From Phoronis australis (lineage: Eukaryota; Animalia; Phoronida), in contig NMRA01000210.1 of NCBI GenBank assembly GCA_002633005.1, forward strand, positions 1 to 64,000: a DNA stretch of 64,000 nt. Direction: 5' to 3'. Shown here one piece after another: positions 45,501 through 58,400 of the stretch (position 1 is its first letter; each line of letters begins with the position of its first letter). Below the pieces are notes generated by a model. The model did not search any database and was not told where the DNA came from. It saw only the letters and a list, made by a program, of their open reading frames with translations. A program made the translations under genes and the position numbers.

Positions 45501-46455
45501 CAGCCCAGTTATAAAGACAATTATTTAAAAGTTTGGTATAAATTTTTCCCAAAGTAGACAACAGGGAGATACCTCTATAGTTATTTTCTTCATTGATATT
45601 GCCTTGTTTATGTACTGGAGTAAGCACTTCGTCACACTATGTCCAGAATCAAAAATTGCATTAAATAACATATGCAAGACTGGCACTATCGTTACCTTTG
45701 TGCACAAAGTACATGCACTTAAAATGCCCAGCCAACTCACGAGGCATCAATTTTTAATGAAATTGGCAAGGCAAGTAAAACCGTTGCTCAAAAAATATGT
45801 AGTACCACCGATAGTCCAAAAAATTGCTTGCCCCACAGATTAATCTATATGTTATATGTACCAAAAAACTCTGGCGTAGAGTCTTAATAAGTTAATACGT
45901 TCGAGTATAGTCTGCCAATCAGCGTAAACAGTTGTGTGAAATTTTGAAATATGTAATTATGAAATAAACCCCGATTTATCACTGATATCGTCGGCATTTC
46001 CAGGGAAACCATCCTCCCATGTGAACCCCTGAAGAAGAGTTACATCCACACCTCCAGTCACGAGACTCTTCTGTACACGACAATGGGTCAATTATTGGAC
46101 AACGCCTGTGAAGAGTGTCCTGATCACGAGGCATTCGTTGTGTGTGACACCAACGAAAGGTTGACTTATCGACAGATTAAAAAGCAGGTAGGCTACTACC
46201 GGATGTTTTCAAAACCAGTTTTAAGCAGACCGACATGAAGCACGCTCAGATGTAATGGATAGTTTTACCTGAAATACACAAGCAAGCTTGAACTCAATGC
46301 GGGAAATTAACGTCATTGTTGGGGAAAAACCTTTAATAGACATTTATTAATAAAACTTTAGTTCACAACAAGAACACTGCGACCTGACCCGAGAAAAGGA
46401 AAAACATTCACGGAAATATAACAGTAACAGTTATATATATATATATATGTATGTA

Positions 46456-46492
<37 letters not shown>

Positions 46493-49400
46493 ATGTATGT
46501 ATGTTTGTTTGTATGTATGTATGTATGTATGTATGTATGTATATATATCTATCTATTGGTGGGCTTTACTGTTTACTGGTTCATGTCCAGTCAACGCATA
46601 CGGGAGCACACGCTCTGGGTGATTTAAATACGAGCACTCATAAACGTGGATGTACATTTGCAAACACAATTACACATGTATAATTTGATATGGCATATCC
46701 TTCCAGGCATTGAAGTACGCGAGAGGTTTTTTGGCTATTGGCTTAAAGAAGGGTGACGTCATATGCTTGAGTGGATTGACCAATTCTGATTGGCTGTTTC
46801 TTTACTTTGCAGCTGCCTATATTGGACTCGTTATTGTTGTTGTAAGTATAGAATATTCTTTGTTATTTGGCAACGGAACATAGCTTTGCTATCGCCATCG
46901 TTTGCTTATACTCCGATAGTCGCTATCTGCTAGCGACTCAGCTTTTTAATACAATTTATATCGTACATGTATACATGTGAAAATACCGACCATTGCATTC
47001 GCATTGAAATTCGCTATTTTATTCCATATGCATTGAATCTGTCGAAGGAAATACGGCCATGTAATAAAGTTTTCCGTATTCACCTCACACACTACTTCAG
47101 CAGTGACCTCTGACATGGAAAATTCAAAAGGTAGGTCACTGTGTACTCGGCGTCGTTAGCTGGTTCGATCACCAAACTTTCGGACAATAGTTTAAAGTAA
47201 TGCGATTATAGCAGTGTAAATAACGCTCATTATACAACGAGGTCTCAGTCGTAACATCTGGAACAGGACTGTTGATTATATGACAGTTCTGTCTCAGTTC
47301 TCATTTGCTAAATATTGTATCGTCTGCAACTCAGGCGCCGACCCCTCGGTAACTACTATACCAAATATTGTTGTTATTTAACTGTTTTCAGGAGATGTTA
47401 CAAGTTCAATGAAAAGTTAACTTTGTTTTCATCTTCGTTATAATCTCTTTTCAGATAATAAATCGTAACATTTAAATCTGTTTCTTTTACTAGAGAAAAC
47501 TTGCAGCCTAACACGCAAGTACATACATATAGGATGTGATCCGCCACGTGAACAGTCTGAGTGGTGTATTTAAAAAATCTGCGGAAAAATGAAAGAAATT
47601 TAGGAATTCGATGCGTATCGACCGAGACCGCGGAATAATGTCTCGTGGGATATTACTTCATGTACGCCTCTCTCGGTACGTTTTGTGTAGGTATGCGGGA
47701 AAGTACACTGTAGATCTAATACGCATTCGACGGCAGAGGTGTATTTCACGGTTGGTGAACAGTCTTCTGGTAAATTCGCGTGCAATACAGCAAATTTTGA
47801 TTAGGCTCGTTTATTTTACTGTTTCTATTTCCAGAAGCTAGGAAACGGGAATACTAAGAAATTCATCGAAGCTTAAACGGCACACCGCTGCTCAACTGAT
47901 CATTTAATGTTTCAATTTCTATATTCCCGGATGGATTGTTACTAATTTTCCACGAACTTCTAATATAATTGAACAATTCGTTGTTTCAACTGATATATTT
48001 CAGAATCTGAAAATTCTTGTTAACGACACGACACTTGTCGTTAACAATCTTTATCCATTCCGGTCGTGTCGTGTTTTGCGTTACGGAAAACGTGCTCCCC
48101 AAGTACAGCAAAATCTGAAAATTCGTGTAAATTTATCATGAAATAAAACTTTACTAGTTATTCAACATCACATAAAATCTTGCCGGGTCAGCTACGCTCG
48201 ACATATATATGACGTCATACATGTACAACAATACGCCAAAGCACATGGCAACAACATATCGCCGTGATGCAATTAAGTTCACAGACATGGGATAAACAGG
48301 TTATCCTACATACATTACATTACTACTGTCATATTCATATCCTATCAATAATCCATTTCATCTGAGAATGTCCTAACTGAGACCGAAAGCTTCGATCTCG
48401 CTCATGGGGACATTCCCAGATGAAATGACTTCTTGTCAGAATATGGCATATACATGTATACAGGTATGTATGAATTTCGTGCCAGAGGAAACAATGTGTG
48501 GACAATCTTCCTTGGATTGCCCTGGATTACGCCAGTCACGCCATTTTACGTTTACAGTTCATAAGCAAAATACCTGAAAGCCACACTTTTTCTGTTAATC
48601 ACTAAACATACCACTTGGACGGTGTTTATCGGCCATTTCCGGACAACTTCGTCTCGTGTAGCCGACCTAATCATGACTCATCAAGCTCGTTCAATGTGGA
48701 TTTTTCTTAAGAATATAGGGCATGAGCGTAAAAGTGCGCATGTATTAGTTGTGTTGAATCGATTAAAATTTTGCAAAATATCTTAAAACCCGCAAAAATA
48801 CCTCTCATAAACAAGCCTTTCGTTTTGTTAACTGTTTAATTTTCCAAATTATTTCAGGCGCCTTTCGTTGGCAAATATGAAAGTACGTACGGCTTAGTTT
48901 CTGCCAAGGTTTGTACACATTTTCTATTTATGTGAGAGTATGTGTGACTTTCTTAGATTAAATCGTCTTTGCGAGTGTTCATTTCCCTACTCCTGCTGTA
49001 ATACACATCATTTAGTTTCATTTGAAGTTGTTCCCAGTCTCGAATCACGTGGTCATCGACGCCAGGATCCACAGAGAAAGACTTTTCTTTCTAAGTTCCC
49101 AAAACTTTCACAGGACTTATTGCGTGACTTATTGCATTAGCTGGTACATGTACGTTGTTTTAGTTGTCGTCCGTCAGGAGAAAATAAATGCCCACGTGTC
49201 TCAGTGCTGACGGTTTGCTTTAAAAAAGCCTTATAATAAAATCAAGCATAATCACTGAGGAAAACCCGTGTGCTTATATATGGACAATAGCAGCAAAAAG
49301 ACACTTATATTTTATCACTCCAACTTGAAAGCAATCATTAAAAACATATTCCCCAACATCTAACACGAGTTTTCACTTGATAACCTACGAAAACTGGAGG

Positions 49401-52400
49401 AGATAACCTTCATACAGAAATATTTCTCCCCCTCTCTCCCCCCTCTCTCCGCTTCCCTCTCTCTCTCTCTTTCTCTCTCTCTTTCTTACACTCTTTCCCT
49501 CTCTCTCTCTCACTCTCCCTCACACAAACGTACAGTGTACCGCTCGAAAGCTTACGGCTTTCGTACAACCAGTTCAAAGAAGGAGAGTAGGCTCTCCATT
49601 CATCACCAATGAGTGTGTAAGGTCACCGCATCTATATGAGAAGAAGGTGCAAGTTCAGGGTACAGTTCAGTAACTCTAGGACCTCGCTAAACAGCAATAC
49701 TCAAGATTACGCATAGGCGGCGCACCATAGAGGGCTGGGGGGAGCTATAGCCCCCACTTTTTTCAGTGCGCCGCCGCCCATGGTCTGTGTGCGGTGCACC
49801 ACAGGAGAGCTAGAGAGCTATAGCCCCACTTTTTCAGTGCTGCATGCGCCGCCCATGTTACGTGAGATGTTGTCGCGTATTTTGAATGAGAACACATGAT
49901 TTTGGCTAGATTTCTCTAGCCGTGAGACATCTACTGAACTCTACCTAATTCTGTTAGTTTGCGTGCTCCGCGCAGGTACGGCTCTTTTCACGAACAGCTT
50001 TTGATGTCGCCTGAAATCGCTCGAACCAACAATAATACGAACATCCTCGATTTTCAGTGAATCCTTTGATGCCATTTAACACTGTTAATGTTCCAATTTC
50101 TGCCCTTGAGAGTGCCAACCTGGTATTTAATCAATCTCTGAAATGCCGGACTCACTAATTCCGCATCTCGCCCTCTGAAGAAGGTTTACTTGTCCTGCCA
50201 TATTGGTGCTTGTGCATAGCCTTATGGCCACAAGTCAAGATCTGTTGTCGTGACGTCAGATGAGTCATCATCTGTGTAACCCTTAACGTTTCGTGGTTTG
50301 GTTTACCATGATTGGCTTCTCATTACTCATACTCACCATTCAATTATGTTGGGTTCCACTGATTGACCTTTTCTCCTTGATGAGTACCCCCGAGAGGTCA
50401 GCTGTTAGGAATATCTTCATCTTCATCATTCGCTTGCTTCAGCTTTCCTTTAGTTTTTTTTACTCGCTATTAGTGTAAAATATGATTAAAATTTTTAACT
50501 TGTGTATGCCCAGTATGAACACCAAAGTTTCATTGGATTACCTGTGAAACCCGTTACAGCTTAAATACGACATTTTTGAAGTTTTTTGAGGGCATTGTGC
50601 CTAAAAGCTGTCAACATCATCCGGCAATAAAACCCGGCTGGCCATCCATGGTTCAATTTTTATTCATGGTAAGGAAAAGTGAACAAGCGACAATCAGTTT
50701 CTTTTCTCACTAACGTCCATTACTTGGATGAAATAAAGTTCACATGTAAACCCCTCAGATGAAATCGTTTAAAATTTCCAATGAGAATATGTTGCTGAGT
50801 AAACAGGATTCTTATATGAAAGTTACCTTATTCTTAAAATAACCTGTCCCACCGTATCGGGAACGGAGACAGATCATAAGCAAAAAGGGAAGCTTGTTAT
50901 AGCTTTCAAGTTTCGATATGTTTTTGGAAAGACTGAAAGACAAGACGTAATTAATCTATTTTTGTCTAGAAAAATTTCTTATTTATCGACTGTGTATTAA
51001 AAGCACGACTTCCAATTTGACATACTTTAAAACGGAAGTCTTAAAGTATTTCAAAATTAAAAAATACTTATTTTACGATTATCTAAAATCCGAAGGTTTT
51101 AATAACAGATGGGCCCCTATGGTACTTTTATTTTGAGGCGGTTTATTTTTGAGTTGTGAATGACCCCCACCATAATTGTGCATATGGGTATGAATGTGGG
51201 TATGAATGATTTCTCTTCAGTTCACGTGTCTGCAAAAAGTATTTTATGTTTAATTATAAAAAGATGCTTAGCTGACAAACACGTTTGGTCTGTCACCTAA
51301 TGATTCTTAGGAAAGTTACTGCTAGAGTTTTTACTGTCTACCAGAGGATAGAAAAGAAAGGCGTAAAGCGTTTCCAAATTATGCATATGAGATTGACTGA
51401 TTCGGATTACCAGACAGTTCGATCTACACAAAACTGATGCTTTTTAGATTCCCTGACCACTCAAATGCTCCTTTTGTAGCGAATGGCCAGGGAAGTCATC
51501 ATCCGGCGACTACGAGCGTTATGTACGACATACAATACTCTCGCGATTAGCGTGTTATCTTTAAGTGAACCCTTTGGTTCAGTCACGGTTACTGTGTGTG
51601 CTCCTCAAAAACGTCCATGCATTTTTACGCATTCTACTGATGTTAATTCCGAAACAGTTTTGTTGACATGAGATACCCGTCACCATGGGAAATAAAATCC
51701 CCAATGCAACGAAGGGCATGAACAGTACTTAGCTGTCGCTCCTACATGTACTATTTTGCCTGCATTAAAAAGGCTACGGAAATAGTGCGTCCACCAATGA
51801 AACTCCCAATTAAGTATCTCTACACTTGGCTAGAAACCATCTGAATTAAACTTTTTAATGTTCATCTAAATAGGCAGAAGTTCGTCTCGTTATTGTTGGA
51901 CCGCGGGATTGCAACGAAGTAAGCAAGGTGGTCAGCAAGTTGTTCTTTGAAGAACCGTTAAAATATGGGTGAGTTGTCATAACTCTGTTACGAAGAAATT
52001 GACTTAATTTTCAACAGTTCTGTTTTTATTAAATAATAATTTCGATTTCTGTGGAGAATGTAATTGATTTCACCCCAATTTGCAAAAAAATTACACTTTC
52101 TAGTCCCACAAAATTCTGAAGATTAGTCACAAAATGTACCACGAACGGCAGGTGACTAGTTTAGAAGTTTTGTTTGTTTCCGCAACTGGCATCACGTTGA
52201 TTCTGACTCGGATGAATCTTCTGGTCACATGATGCAACTTATAATCTGCGACGTGGCTGTGGCCGAAGTTGGTTGTTCGAGCAAAACGTTGCGATGTGCA
52301 ATGTCGTATTTCTTAACACACCGGCAGAGTATTGATTGTTTACTTTTTAGTTTCGAGCAAAAATGTGGAACGTTAGTGCAGTGAATTCAAACTGTTCTTA

Positions 52401-55400
52401 CTGCTGTTGGTATAAAATGTAGCGTTGCCTTTAAAGGGAGCTGCACACGATACAGCATCGGTAGCCGCACATACCCTGTACTCGGTGCCCAGCGGTGACC
52501 GCATATTGTGCCGCGCGGTTTCTAACTTTGAGTTCTTTATTGGCCACGTGTCCTGCTGCAACCACTTATGTTACAATTTTGCGCCATAAAAAACGTGAAT
52601 TATAATCCTCCCGACAAAAATCTTGCTGTGCGACCTTAAGAGAGCAGCGATCCGAGAAGCACCGTGTGCGGGCAACTGCAGAAATTGAGCGCTGCAGTTG
52701 CCGCGTCGTATGCGATGTTTTTCATGTCTTCATTGTCTTGTAGTCACAGAGTGGAGTTTATCTATTGTCAAAGTGGGGACTTTGCCGATGATGCAGACAT
52801 GCGCGAAAGGTAAGTTTCATTTCCGTGAAGTGTCGGACCTACGCTCAAGTAGTGTTCAGTTAATACGTGTTTAGTTGGATAGTTTAAAATGAACTTACGC
52901 TATAAGCGTCCTATATTCACTAGCGACATCTGGCAGACATAGTACGTTTTACTTCCGGCAAGTACGTCGTCTGCTAATCATGGTCGGCTGTTGTGTTGTT
53001 GGGTGCTCGGCCAAAAAGGTGAAATGTAGAGGATTGAGCTTTTGTAATTTTCTCAGTACGTGAGCTCTGAATCCCAAACTGTCCGGAGTAAATATATGAT
53101 AATGTGTGCAAGCAGACAACAAAACCAGTCAGCACTGAAGTTTGAATTTACATGAACAGTAGCATTGCCCAAAGTACTCACGATACATGAGTTCTACTAT
53201 TGGAAGACTTTGAAAAGTGTTTTAATGACGAAATTATTATTCTTCGTTGTGCTGGACAGTGAAATAGGTGCAAGAATTTTCCGTCACAATACACTAATCC
53301 GAAGCTGAGTTTGCTATGCTCAGAGGGCGGCACCTTCTCTAGGATATTACGCTAGAAGATGTCGGATTGGCGAATCTGTTGTATGTAATCCGTGATTCGA
53401 TTTAACGAGAGCACATGGTGTACATGAATTTTTAAACTAGGTGCATGTCATTCCTTGCTTTCGCTTATTATGTTATCTGCAGAACGTTCATTAGTTGTCT
53501 GTAAGGAACTCGTACTTCACTGCTATAAACAATGTTAAATCTTAAAAGAATGCAGGTGGTCCGATATCCTTTTCCTTTCCCTTGAGATGGGTTCAGGCCA
53601 GACAGTTGAGTTTTCAATGGTCTCGCGAATGTTTCTTTCACAACGTTAGAGTCTATTAGTTTGAGCAATTTCTGTACAATTTACGAAACGGGCCTGCAGC
53701 GGACTCACGCTACACTGCTATAAACAAGTGCATGCGGTCTGATATCTTTTTCGTTTCACACGAGATGTTCTCAGGTCACACAGCCGAGCTTCTTGAACGA
53801 AAAAACTGAGTGAAACAATTTTCGAGTCTGATTGTATTTTTTAAGAAAATGACAAATTAGTATATTTTTACCTAAATTAATTTTTATTCAAGATGCAAAT
53901 AGATGGCGTGATTTTTTCAATTTCCATTTTTAAACGATTTTTAGAAAGATAAAATCACTCGCAACGTTAGACGTAGCCGGCGCTGACGTGTCTGACGACG
54001 ATTTCCAAAGAGCTTTGGACAGTGTCTCACCCGATGACCCTTACGTGTTACTAACGACAAGCGTAAGTAGTTCGACATGGGGAGTTGCAGTCTCGTGTTA
54101 TCTCCAGATTGCATGAAACACTCAGTTCTGTTCGTCAGTAAACGTAGTTGCAAGAAATTTCACGATTTTCCCTCGAATTCAGCACTAAACATACACGTAC
54201 ATGTATGTAGTGTTTTTCTCTCTGACTTACTAAGGATGCGAATACTTGAATTTCCTCACACCGATTGTCACCTTTCAACGGCACATGTTTTGAGGATTGT
54301 TCATGTCTTACACAATTTGCAAGCGTTACGTTTCTTACAGAGACGATGATATCTGGTACATACTTGGATTATTAGTAGACGTATGTCAGAAAATAAACTT
54401 CTTCAGCACCACCCAAGAGCGGTTTAAGTCATATTCTGTGAGCTTTGAACAATTTGTTTCTCTCTCTCCCTCGACCAGGGCTCTACTGGTTTACCAAAAC
54501 TAGTGACACATAGGCATAGCACCATGTGTAACATGGGGAAGTTCAACTTTAGTTTTGAGTGTCCAGGCAAGCAAGCATCATCTGAGGTACAGTATGAATT
54601 CCGTCACCATTATCCATTCACAAATGTATACGGCTAGGTGTTATGACGCACAAACAGGACTGTTCATACATTGCCTTTTTCAAAATCAGTTTTCTGGTCG
54701 TACCTTGTCGGCTAAGCGTATTAAATGTATGCTTTAAATCACTAGTCCACTATTTACGTATATCACGGACGCTATATAATGACCAGATTTGACAAACTTT
54801 GGATTATTATATCTCAGAAATGGCTTTTTGGATTTATCTGAAACTTTTAGACACCATAAATTATGCACTTTGTTCCAACATACTGTTGGCAGTTGTTTAT
54901 ATTTTTTCGCAAGAAGAGCCTTCAGGATATACAGTGTAAGGCTTTTAGGATTTTTATGAAAACAAATCCAAAGTGGTATCAAACGAAAACGAAATGATAA
55001 TTTAGAAGACCAAATAGCGTTTTTGAGATTTCATCTGGTACATTTATGGCATATATGAAACTTTACCAGTCGCCGAAATCTCAACATTGTCGATTAATTA
55101 ATTGATGAAAACTTGTTCTTGGTAAATATAATCTATACACGCCATTAAATTGTTAGTTACTTCAATACTCACTCGTAATGGCAACTGAATTTGCATCGTG
55201 TATCTATCTTAATTACAGTGCTGTAGTTGTAAAGTTAGAGGTAAGTAGGCGACCAAAGCACATCATATCGCCATGAACGCTGAATTTTAAAGGTACATTG
55301 AACTCCCAGAACCTGACTCACAAACATGTAGGCCTCCTTTTTGACTGAGGGTAGGCGCTACATTAAAAAGCAATAAGCTGCCTCCCGTTCAGTAACGCTA

Positions 55401-58400
55401 GGACCTCGCTAAAAAGCAAGACTTCGCGAGATTATGTGAGAAATTGCCGTGTATTTTAATTGAGAACACGTGACTTTGACTAGGTTTTAGCTATGTCCTA
55501 GCGTAGGTCCTAGCGTCTACTTAACACACGCCTGGTTGGCTGCGCCTACTTGCGCCTACGCCCCACTACAGCACTGCAGTTAATTATCACTAATTTTGTA
55601 AGCCAGATTTCAATAGGAGTCAAGCTAAGGCAGTTGACCTAGGTCAACAGTGCATTGCAAGTTACATGTACTGTGAGACACGCGCCGCGAACACTGATAT
55701 GACTACGAAACGGAGTATAGAAATCGGATACCAAGCTATACAGAGTCCTTGAATACGTTTGTATGTGTTGCAGAATCCAGGAATAATAGCTACACTGAGC
55801 ATATGGGGAGACCCTATGGTTACTATCTGGTTCATTGGAGTCGGAACATATTATAAAAAAAGAGTAAAAATCATATTTCTTCCGGGCGACGAACAAGACG
55901 ACACTTGGGATCTCGAGAGAGATATTTTGCAAATATTGGAAAAAGAAAGGTGAGTGCGGTATTCCTTTTCAATATTTTGACCCCATTTTACCCCTGAAAA
56001 CGGTTGCTTTGTAGTCGAAACTTTGTCAGTGGCATATTCCAGCGTTCTTCTTTCTGTTGTGTTTGCAGAGTTAAATCTAAATTTCGTTTGCCACTTTTCA
56101 CTTCAGGCAATCTTAAAGTTATTGGGGTGAAGCAATAGGAGTGGGAGGGGGACAGGAAGTGGCCGTGGTGAGAGGGAAGGGGAGAGGCAGGGAGAGAGGG
56201 GGACCTTGGTTTGGATATCACAATTTGCAGGTAACAAAGACACTTGACAAGCAACATTTTATTGCAGTAGTAGTAGTAGTAATACACTTTATTCACTTTA
56301 AGTCAAAAACCAAAAAATACAGTTGATACAGATTTACGCTTATGGAGACTCCGTGAAGGACCCGAGAGGTCCGCTGACCACGGAGCCAGTAGACACTAAA
56401 ACCTCAAGAGTCACCTTAAATTGAACGATTAACAAAATTTAAGCTACAATATTAGTTATCATTATATAAAAGAACCTTAATTATTAAATGGTTAACACCA
56501 CAAATGAAATAAGTAGGACACGGGGGTCGCCCTATGTATAGTAGGAATTTTGCCTTCAAAGACGCCTCCAGCTCCAACTGATGCTCTCGTTCTCTAGACA
56601 TTCAATTGTGTAACGAGGCGTAATTGCCCATCATAAACATGGTTGTATACAGTGGGAGTGACAAAATAGTTTTAGTTTCCATTTAGAAATTTTTTAAATT
56701 GCACATTACAGTAGTTCGTTCAAGTGGTTAGGTTTTTGGATTTTGAAAATCGGACAAGAAATGTGACTTAGAAGGTATTCCACAACCAGTTTTTGCTTCA
56801 TTATTTCTGCTTGGCGCGCAGCATAATGAGCCAGTTCACGAGGTCGTGAACCGACATTTGCAAATTGAAGAAGCCAAGTATCCTTGCATAATTCTGGGCA
56901 TACCCATCCCAACGAAGTGCTTTCTGCTTTCAGCCCATACAGTATGTTAAAAAAGGAATCTTTATTATTGAGCTACATTTGGTATATACACGTAAAATAA
57001 CAAAATCATCGCATTGAATTGGAAAGCTAACTAAAAAGAGTTACCTTCTTGCTTTCCCACGACCGTCAAAGACACGAGTCTGTTTCCTCAACCCATCCAC
57101 ATGGGCACCGTTCGGAAACGGCATCGGCATTGTGCGGGAGCAGCGTGGGCATCGTGCAGGCACAACATAGGCATCGTACGAGAACAGCATGGGCATCGTG
57201 CGTGCACAGCATGGGTATCGTGCGGAAACAGCATGGAAATCGTGCGGGCGCCGCATGGGCATGGTGCTGGCACAGCATAGGCATGGTGCGGGCACATCAT
57301 AGGCATCGTGCGGGCGCAGCATTGTTATCGGGCTGACACAGCGTGGGCATCGTGCGGACACAGCTTTGGACGCCGTGCAATATTTCGTCCAATGATGGTT
57401 CCATCTAAATGAACAATGTAATGTCATGTAAAAGGTCACTCAAACTCAATTAGGGTTTTGGATTTTTCCACACCTTGATTCATCAAATTATTTCAGGGAA
57501 TTTAAAATTACAGACCTTCGGAATAACGGCCCTTCGAAGTGCAGGTTCCTAGAGGTATAGACTATTCGAAGTCACTGAAATGACCTTTTCATGTCATTTT
57601 CGTACTACCGGCCCTTCTTACTTTTAAGCACTTTGGAGTCACTTCGGGTTGAAAACCCTTCTGAGTAAAGACCTTGACCTCCCTGCAGTATTGCTGTTAC
57701 CAATGCACCATGCGCATTTCAACGGTTGTCGTTTGTTTCCTTATAGATGCACGCAGTGTTTCATGTGGCCTCTTCACTATATTACCATTGCCAACTGTCC
57801 CAACATTGATAAGTACGACTTGAGTTGCATGAGATTAGGTAAGAACATTCAAGTCGCGTTCGAAGCTCAGGGGAAGGGCATCTAGAGGGTCTCCTATCTC
57901 TTATTCGGCAACTTTGGAGGAATGATAGATCCACTCCTCTAGTTATGATCCTGTTTTAGCACCTAAGTGTAACAGGTGTCACGTGTCACAAGCGTTCTAC
58001 TGTGAACACTTTGTGGCAATTGTATTCTATTTCGGACACCATTTTACGTTTTGCTGTGCGTTCCAACTTGAACAGCAGCAGTCCAATAACTAGAACACAT
58101 AGTTTGCTGCGCTTTTAGAACTCTATGACTGTGTTCACAAGTGTAACATTTTTGTGTTCTATTTTGTGTTCTATTTTGTGAGATAAAGGAGAACACATAA
58201 GTTTAGAGTGTGGACTTTTCACCATGTCGCATTTGACTAGTTGACATTATGTTTCCCGCAGACATGTAAACGGATAAAATTTGTTCAATAGAGCTCACGT
58301 GCTCAAGTATTGAATTGTTATTGAACTAAAACGCTTCTGCTGATTGGGGTGAGATTTTGAACATCATGAAAAAGGTCTGTTGCGTCTTGCCGTCTGATGT

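Noticed and set aside
46447-46683. MYVCVCV... ORF
   Set aside because: Microsatellite translation.
54566-54572. Non-canonical GC-AG donor in the acyl-CoA synthetase gene
   Set aside because: A canonical GT donor at 54587 gives the phase 0 required by the next exon at 55774.
57041-57439. Cys/Pro/Met-rich ORFs in several frames
   Set aside because: Artefact of the 22-bp GC-rich minisatellite inside an intron.
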